The notes under the pieces: model-generated
The model's input: only the letters and a program-made list of their open reading frames with translations
What the model was told of the DNA's origin: nothing
The model's database searches: none
Part shown: positions 57,635 through 64,000 of the stretch, in pieces
Layout: every line of letters begins with the position of its first letter
How positions within the stretch are numbered: position 1 is the stretch's first letter
Program-made: the position numbers and the translations under genes
NCBI GenBank assembly: GCA_965204725.1
Contig: OZ242005.1
Span: 2,176,001 to 2,240,000, forward strand
Direction: 5' to 3'
DNA: 64,000 bases
Source: Candidatus Latescibacterota bacterium
GTDB taxonomy: Bacteria; Latescibacterota; UBA2968; UBA8231

Positions 57635-60600
57635 GTGATGACGAAAACGACGGCGCGACTAACGGCAGCGGTAGAAACCTATCTCGCTGACCTGCAACGG
57701 GTGCGGGCTTCGGGCGGCGCAACCGGCGAGCGGTCGAGCTACGGACCGCTGGCGAGCCTGCTCAATGCCATCGGCACAACGCTCAAGCCCAAGGTCTTTT
57801 GCGTCGGCGAGTTGGCCGATCAGGGAGCGGGGCATCCCGACTTTGGGCTGTACTCGGCCAAGCAGGTGCAGAAGGGGCAACCTAAGCAGGGACAAGTGCC
57901 AGAACGGGGCGTGGTTGAAGTGAAAGCGGCGGACGATGACGCTTGGTTGACGGCAGCAGGCGATCAGGTTAGCCGCTACTGGGGACGCTATCGGCTGGTG
58001 CTGGTGACCAATACGTGCGACTTCTTGCTCGTCGGCGAGGATGCGGCCGGGCAACCGGCGACGCTCGAAACGTTCCGGCTGGCCGAGAGTGCCGAGGAAT
58101 TCGCACAACGATTGGAGACGCCGCGAACTTTTGCTCGCGAGGTCGGCGCGGGGTTAGGGGAATATCTGTGCCGGGCGTTGTCGCATCGGGCGCGGCTGGC
58201 CGAGCCGAAGGATTTGGCTTGGCTGTTGGCGTCTCATGCCCGCGATGCGCTGGCGCGGGTCGAGGCGGCGGGCGATGCGCCAGCGTTGGCGGCGGTGCGG
58301 ACGGCACTGGAAGAGGCCCTCGGCGTCCGCTTTGAGGGCGAACGCGGAGCGCGGTTTTTCCGTTCAACGCTGGTGCAGACGCTGTTCTACGGCGTGTTTT
58401 CCGCTTGGGTGCTGTGGGCGCGGCACACGTCCGGGGCCGCTCGGTTCGACTGGCGCACGGCGGTCTGGCATTTGCGGGCACCCGTCATGCAGGCATTGTT
58501 CCAACAACTATCGCAACCCGGTCGGTTACAACCGCTCGGCCTCGTTGAAGTGCTCGACTGGACGGCTGCTGCGCTCGACCGAGTAGATCGCGACGCCTTC
58601 TTTGCCCGCTTCAACGAGGGCGAGGCCGTCACGTATTTCTACGAGCCGTTCCTCCAAGCCTTTGACCCCGAATTGCGGAAACAACTCGGCGTCTGGTACA
58701 CGCCATCCGAAGTGGTGCGCTACATGGTCGCCCGCGTGGACCAAGCCCTGCGGGACGATCTCGGCTTGGCCGATGGGCTGGCCGCAGAAAACGTCTATGT
58801 GCTCGATCCCTGCTGCGGCACCGGGGCCTATCTGGCCGAAGTCCTGCGCCGCATCGCCGCTAATTTGAACAATCAAGGCTTGGGTGTGCTGGTGGGTGCC
58901 CGGGTCAAGCAGGCGGCGACCGAGCGCGTGTTCAGCTTCGAGATTATGCCGGCGCCTTTTGTCGTCGCCCATCTGCAAGTCGGGTTGACCATGCAAGCAC
59001 TTGACGCAGCCTTGGCCGATGACGGAGCGGAACGCGCCCAAGTGTTTCTGACCAACGCGTTGACCGGCTGGGAGCCGCGCCCGAGCAAGCCGCTGCCTTT
59101 TCTCGAACTGGAGGAGGAACGCGACCGGGCTGAGCGGGTCAAGCAGGACACGCCGATCTTGGTGATCTTGGGCAATCCACCCTACAACGGTTTTGCGGGG
59201 ATGGCGATGGACGAAGAGCGGGCATTATCAGAAGCCTATCGCACGACCAAGCGGGTGCGCCGTCCCGAAGGGCAAGGGCTCAACGACCTCTACATCCGCT
59301 TTTTCCGCATGGCCGAGCGACGCATTGCCCAGACCGGCCAAGGCGTGGTGTGCTTCATTTCCAACTACTCGTGGCTCGACGGGCTGTCGCATACGGGAAT
59401 GCGGGAACGCTATTTGAAGACATTTGACGCAGTTCGGATTGACTGCTTGAACGGCGACAAGTTCAAGACCGGCAAGGTTGCGCCGGATGGTTCGCCGGAC
59501 CCGAGCATTTTTTCGACGGCGGACGATCCGGTCGGCATTCAGGTAGGCACTGCCATTGCGACGCTGGTGCGTAAACTCGATCACGCGCCAACCGAGGAGG
59601 TCGGCTTTCGGCATCTGTGGGGGCAGGCCAAGCGGGAGGAGTTGCTTGAGACGGAGGAAGTGGAACCGGGAAAGCTCTACGAGCACATCGATCCAGTGTT
59701 GCCGCTCGGCTTGCCGTTTGTACCAACGGCCGTCAGCGAAGATTGGTTCGACTGGCCGGCCCTGCCCGACCTGTTCCCGGTGTCGTTCCCCGGCGTCAAG
59801 ACCAGCCGCAACGGATTCCTCATCGACATTGACCTCGACCCGCTCAAAGCACGAATCGACGATTACTTCAACGCGGAGTTGCGCCATGAGGCCATCGCCC
59901 GCCGCCATCCGGCCATCATGCAGCAATCCGCGCTGTTCGACGCCCACGCCGTGCGCGCTGAACTGCTCGCTCGCGGCGGACCCAACCCCGCCGGATTCAT
60001 CCGCCATACCTACCGACCCTTTGACCAGCGCTGGCTGTATTGGGAAGCCGATTCAAAGCTGCTCGACCGACCGCGCCCCCAGTACAAGCCGCATATATTC
60101 GAGGGGAATCTGTGGCTTTCCGCCGCGCAGCACCTGCGCCGCGATGCCAACCAGCCACAAGCCTGTTTCACGAAAATCATGGCCTCGGGGCACCTGATTG
60201 AGCGCGGCGCGAGCATGTTCCCCGTCTATCTGCGCGAGGAGGGCGACCTCAGCAATGGCGGTCAAGCCAGCACCCGCCCCAACCTATCACCGACCGCCCA
60301 ACGCTACCTCAAGCATCTCGGCGCGACCGTCGAAGACCTCTTCTACCACGTCCTCGCCACCCTCCACGATCCCGCGTATCGCACGGCCAATGCCGGAGCA
60401 CTCAAGATGGAATGGCCGCGCATCCCCCTGCCGGGCTGGCCCGATAGCAAGACGGACAGTGCCGCCGAAACGCTCGCGGCATCAGCGACGCGAGGGCGCG
60501 AACTGGCTAGTCTGCTCGATCCCGACGCCTCCGTGCCGGGCGTGACCCAAGGCACGTTGCGCCCAGAGATCGCCGCCCTCGCCATGCCATCCACCACTGA

Positions 60601-60976
60601 CGGTCGCAACATGACCGGCGACGATTTCGCGCTCACCGCCGGGTGGGGCCATTTCGCACCGGGCGACGCGGTGATGCCGGGTCAAGGCCACCTCGTCGAG
60701 CGCGATTACACCCCGGACGAACGCGCCGCGCTGGGCGATGCCATCTCCGTGCTCGGCGAAAAGACGCTGGACGTGTATCTGAACGACCACGCCTTCTGGC
60801 GCAACGTGCCCGCCGCAATTTGGGACTACAGACTCGGCGGCTACCAAGTCCTCAAGAAATGGCTCTCCTACCGCGAGCACACTGTGTTGGGACGGGTGCT
60901 GACGCCGGAGGAAGTGCGGTACTTTGCGGAGATGACGAGGCGGATTGGGGCGATGTTGCTGATGACCTATATGTAA
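57635..60976 (+). CDS. Type IIG/ISP-like restriction-modification enzyme, copy 3 (mosaic)
   Basis: Segment A matches copy 1 and segment B matches copy 2. Confidence 0.9.
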   Translation: MMTKTTARLTAAVETYLADLQRVRASGGATGERSSYGPLASLLNAIGTTLKPKVFCVGELADQGAGHPDFGLYSAKQVQKGQPKQGQVPERGVVEVKAADDDAWLTAAGDQVSRYWGRYRLVLVTNTCDFLLVGEDAAGQPATLETFRLAESAEEFAQRLETPRTFAREVGAGLGEYLCRALSHRARLAEPKDLAWLLASHARDALARVEAAGDAPALAAVRTALEEALGVRFEGERGARFFRSTLVQTLFYGVFSAWVLWARHTSGAARFDWRTAVWHLRAPVMQALFQQLSQPGRLQPLGLVEVLDWTAAALDRVDRDAFFARFNEGEAVTYFYEPFLQAFDPELRKQLGVWYTPSEVVRYMVARVDQALRDDLGLADGLAAENVYVLDPCCGTGAYLAEVLRRIAANLNNQGLGVLVGARVKQAATERVFSFEIMPAPFVVAHLQVGLTMQALDAALADDGAERAQVFLTNALTGWEPRPSKPLPFLELEEERDRAERVKQDTPILVILGNPPYNGFAGMAMDEERALSEAYRTTKRVRRPEGQGLNDLYIRFFRMAERRIAQTGQGVVCFISNYSWLDGLSHTGMRERYLKTFDAVRIDCLNGDKFKTGKVAPDGSPDPSIFSTADDPVGIQVGTAIATLVRKLDHAPTEEVGFRHLWGQAKREELLETEEVEPGKLYEHIDPVLPLGLPFVPTAVSEDWFDWPALPDLFPVSFPGVKTSRNGFLIDIDLDPLKARIDDYFNAELRHEAIARRHPAIMQQSALFDAHAVRAELLARGGPNPAGFIRHTYRPFDQRWLYWEADSKLLDRPRPQYKPHIFEGNLWLSAAQHLRRDANQPQACFTKIMASGHLIERGASMFPVYLREEGDLSNGGQASTRPNLSPTAQRYLKHLGATVEDLFYHVLATLHDPAYRTANAGALKMEWPRIPLPGWPDSKTDSAAETLAASATRGRELASLLDPDASVPGVTQGTLRPEIAALAMPSTTDGRNMTGDDFALTAGWGHFAPGDAVMPGQGHLVERDYTPDERAALGDAISVLGEKTLDVYLNDHAFWRNVPAAIWDYRLGGYQVLKKWLSYREHTVLGRVLTPEEVRYFAEMTRRIGAMLLMTYM

Positions 60977-62484
60977 TGTCTAAACGGCAACGGTGGCAGA
61001 TCAGGAACAGGTGCAGCAGTAAGAATCTCACCTACTGCATCAGCAAACTTGAGTGTAACAGGCTGTCCGTCTGCGAACTGACAGGTATTGAAGTTGATCT
61101 TGGTTAGGCCCATCACATCCGTCATAACCCTGAGCAGATCTGCATCGCCTCTGTGGATTTCGACTAGTAGAGGATTGGGCACCTCCCAACCGGGATAGGT
61201 ATCGAGCCGAGGTGTAAAACCCTTGGTCCAAAGGTATCCTCTTCGTTTTGTCGAAAGGTATGCAGTACCACGCAACACGGGCATTTTACTCGATCGATAG
61301 AGCTTCAGCTCACTAGTTGGGCGAATACGTACCCCGACTAGGTTGGTCTCGTTTGGGACAACACCTCTGAAACCTTCCCACTCATCGTTGTTAAATCTCG
61401 TTTTGCCGTGAATAAAAAGCTCAGTAGGCGGCTCTCCGTGGAGGTCTCGATATGACTTCACCACTAGGCTCATCAACTCAGAGGCTTTCTCCTTGCTAAG
61501 GTGAAATTCGTGCGTATCCTTCGAGAACCAAGGACCAACTGCACCTCTGAAAACAACGCCATCTCCCGAGTCCAAAAACATTTGAGCACCGCAACAGGCA
61601 TTGCCGGCGGCTAGGTCGGTACTATCCATCTTGTAAACTAATCCTACGTAGCAGACCCCTAGTCGGACCGACGCTAGTTTCCACGGTTTGCCACTGGCCT
61701 TGAAGAACGCTGTCGTGCAGAGGTTCCAAGCGATTGTGGCGGGGTCTTCTGGTTCACGGATTAGGTGCCCATCTCGAGTGAATCGGTGAGGCGTAAGTGT
61801 CGTGTCGCGTACAATCTGAAGGACAGCTCTCTGTTCCAAGAGACGCGCTTTCATCTGGTGGTGAAAATTAAGCTCGTAGCGGTAAATTTCTGCGGCTTCT
61901 CGATCGTCAAAAAAAAGCGAACCTTCGCGGAGAATCCGCCGTCCGGCCTTCGCGGAGAAAGGCTGGTTTCCTGTAATGCGCTCTTCCTTCGGTACAACTG
62001 ACTTAGGTCGCCCATAGCGGTAAACCTCTTCCGGTATGATAACGAACCACATGGTAGGCGGTGCTTCGTCTTGACGTAAATGCCTGCGTATCGGCTCTTC
62101 AAAAAGCTCGACAGTCTTGTATATTGCTTCGTGCCGATCAGTAAGCCGGATTGAAGTACGGACATCATCTTCCAAGACAGTTAGTTCAACTAGAGGGTCT
62201 TCTGGCCACTGAGCACCAAAAACGGCTTGGAATCCAGGCCAACCAGCGTGGTGAGGTTCATTCGGGTTCTTGGACGGAATGTAGCGTCGAATACTTTCTA
62301 CCCATTCGCGAAAGCAGTTCAGACCATTCGGCGTCCCAATGACGCCGATACGCATTTCGGCAGGGTTAGCTTTATCATCCCAAGGGCCGAACAGGAAAAG
62401 TCCGTCCTTCGGGTGTTCCACCTCTTGGCCGTAGCGGAAGCCTAATCGTGGCTCTTTGATGTGTTGGAGCAACGAGTCTGTCAT
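60967..62484 (-). CDS. Short prokaryotic Argonaute (MID-PIWI, catalytically inactive; SPARTA-like)
   Basis: 505 aa; EPRLGF..DGLFLFGP, FHHQMKARLL, WNLCTTAFFKASGKPWKL, CYVGLVYK, GLTKINFN, PVTLKFADAVGEIL, PLPFRHYI. Confidence 0.9.
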   Translation of the reverse strand: MTDSLLQHIKEPRLGFRYGQEVEHPKDGLFLFGPWDDKANPAEMRIGVIGTPNGLNCFREWVESIRRYIPSKNPNEPHHAGWPGFQAVFGAQWPEDPLVELTVLEDDVRTSIRLTDRHEAIYKTVELFEEPIRRHLRQDEAPPTMWFVIIPEEVYRYGRPKSVVPKEERITGNQPFSAKAGRRILREGSLFFDDREAAEIYRYELNFHHQMKARLLEQRAVLQIVRDTTLTPHRFTRDGHLIREPEDPATIAWNLCTTAFFKASGKPWKLASVRLGVCYVGLVYKMDSTDLAAGNACCGAQMFLDSGDGVVFRGAVGPWFSKDTHEFHLSKEKASELMSLVVKSYRDLHGEPPTELFIHGKTRFNNDEWEGFRGVVPNETNLVGVRIRPTSELKLYRSSKMPVLRGTAYLSTKRRGYLWTKGFTPRLDTYPGWEVPNPLLVEIHRGDADLLRVMTDVMGLTKINFNTCQFADGQPVTLKFADAVGEILTAAPVPDLPPLPFRHYI

Positions 62485-63243
62485 GCCCCCTCTTCGTATT
62501 CTTCGTCTTCAGAGTCGAGAATATAGTCAGAATCTGTTTCATTCAAGTCCCTGTTGAAATCATCCAGAGCGTCAGCCTCCGTTTCGTCTTCTGCATGGTC
62601 TTCTTCAACTGTGGCCCCTGAGCCTTTCTCAGTAATAGACAGAGGAGCCTCAAAGCTCATCGGAGAAGCGGCTATTGTCGCCACGGCGTCTCCTCCCAGA
62701 GCTAGGGAGAATTCCTCTTTGCCGTTTGCTAGGTCCGCTACAAAAGCGCGAAGCAGGTCGCGCCAACGATCATTCCACCAATTCTTGCAGAAACTCTTTC
62801 GTAGGCGATCAGCGCGAGATCGGCTATCGAGCGGCGTCTTACCATCTTGGGTAAAGACGACGTGAGTGCGCAAGGTAAGGTGACGTGGGTCAGCGATGCT
62901 GATCTTGTCTGACACCGCAAAGTGCCAATAGACGCCTCTTTTTTCGCTTCGGCCAACTAGCCGCCGTCGCCGTCTCTTGCCGTTCTCATCTTGAAAAATG
63001 GCAATGTTTTCTTCGATTAGATTGAGGGGAACGAACCACGCGCTTCCGTGTGCAAATTTATAAAGCAATAGGCCGTGACTCCGTGCGAATTGCTCCCATG
63101 CCTTGCGGAGAAGTCCAGTTACCATGTTTCGAGCATCCCACCAAGAGACTTGGCCCTGACCATTAAGAAATTGTGCCAGCGGAACACAATAAGCGTGTTC
63201 AAGTGGAATATCGGGAGTTTCCATTTGAAGCGTATCCGCATTA
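62481..63243 (-). pseudogene. APAZ-domain partner of the short pAgo, C-terminal part, interrupted by an IS5 element
   Basis: YWHFAVS, HVVFTQDGK, KNWWNDRWRDLL, acidic tail; ATGA coupling to ago. Upstream of 63243 the frame runs into the IS. Confidence 0.8.
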
Positions 63244-64000
63244 GAAGCTATCTCATAAATACCGTAGCAGTATGAGGATGCATCCGAGTTGTACAAAGCC
63301 GAGGTAGTTTTCAGCATAGTATTCGTATCGAACCACGATGCGGCGGAAGTTATGCAACCAAGCAAACAGTCTTTCTATTTTCCAGCGTCTTTTGTAGCCC
63401 CGCAACCGCCGCCCGTCCTGGGTTTTGGCCTGCGTACGATTGCGGCGATGCGGCGCGATCATCTCAATGCCTTGGTCGGCCAGGCTCGCATCCAATCGAT
63501 CCGAGTCGTAGGCTCGGTCCCCGATGAGTCGTTGCGGTCGGGGCTGGACCCATCGGTTTTCCAGGGTGGCTTCTACGAGGGTGACTTCGTGCGGCGAAGC
63601 ACTTTGGATGAGTACGGCGATAGGAAGACCAGCGCGGTCTGCCACTGCCATGAGCTTCGTACCTTTGCCCCGCTTGGTCGGACCCACTTGGTCCCCCCTT
63701 TTTTCGCCGCGACAAACAGGCCATCGATGAAGCATTCGCTCACATCAAGGCCCCCGCGCTCATGCAAGTCGTGCGCGAGGGTGCGCAGAATATGTTCAAA
63801 GGTGCCATCAGACGACCACTGTTGGAATCGACGATGGCAGGTCTGGTAGGACGGATAGCGAGCAGGCAGGTCATGCCCAGGCGCCCCGGTGCGGAGAATC
63901 CACAGAATACCATTGAGCACCGCTCGGTTACAACGCCACGGACGACCCCGGCCATCGCGGCGTTTGGGACACGCCGGCAGCAGTGGGGACACTATCGACC
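63244..64000 (-). mobile_element. IS5-family (IS427-like) insertion sequence, partial
   Basis: End GAAGCTATCTCATAA next to TTA; two overlapping transposase ORFs. Confidence 0.88.
63253..64000 (-). CDS. IS5 transposase (orfA/orfB joined by a -1 frameshift)
   Basis: orf[22 protein letters not shown]; A6G6 slippery tract at 63693-63704; orf[23 protein letters not shown]. Confidence 0.9.

Noticed and set aside
50041-60976. Invertase-driven shufflon or canonical Type ISP enzyme
   Set aside because: All copies are full length and co-oriented, no recombinase or flanking inverted repeats were seen, and there are no helicase/DEAD motifs.
63244-63365. N-terminus of the 294-aa APAZ ORF
   Set aside because: These codons lie inside the IS, in an alternate frame of the transposase, so they are not native APAZ sequence.
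1-64000. tRNA, rRNA or prophage genes
   Set aside because: None recognised by eye; a covariance-model scan would be needed to exclude small RNAs.

Overview
GC-rich bacterial window. Secreted FG-GAP, WD40 and FlgD-Ig proteins plus a C-terminal TSWGxxK motif suggest a Latescibacterota/Gemmatimonadota-like lineage, possibly host-associated; this is inference only. Three parts. (1) 1-18 kb: a minus-strand cluster of five paralogous secreted FG-GAP beta-propeller proteins with hypervariable loops, a WD40 protein and a Cys-rich protein. Two duplicated sigma-54 promoters with unusual 10-bp-phased palindromic arrays precede them, next to a propeller/Y_Y_Y-sigma54 activator that has no apparent membrane span. 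(2) 18-48 kb: mostly ordinary genes (MacAB-like exporter, speD, NtrBC-like pair, MbnP/MbnH, HU, GH127, a low-GC Dcm/endonuclease pair, MscS, BrnTA) plus a Rieske-cytochrome b-octaheme HAO-like operon. (3) 48-64 kb: a defence island with an AAA_21/DUF4276 pair, three tandem ~1115-aa Type IIG/ISP-like restriction-modification genes whose specificity segments are shuffled (A1B1, A2B2, A1B2) and separated by complementary relics of one PIN toxin-antitoxin module, and a SPARTA-like short prokaryotic Argonaute whose APAZ partner is cut by an IS5 element. Two MITE/REP families are also visible. All family assignments come from motif recognition by eye; no database searches were run.
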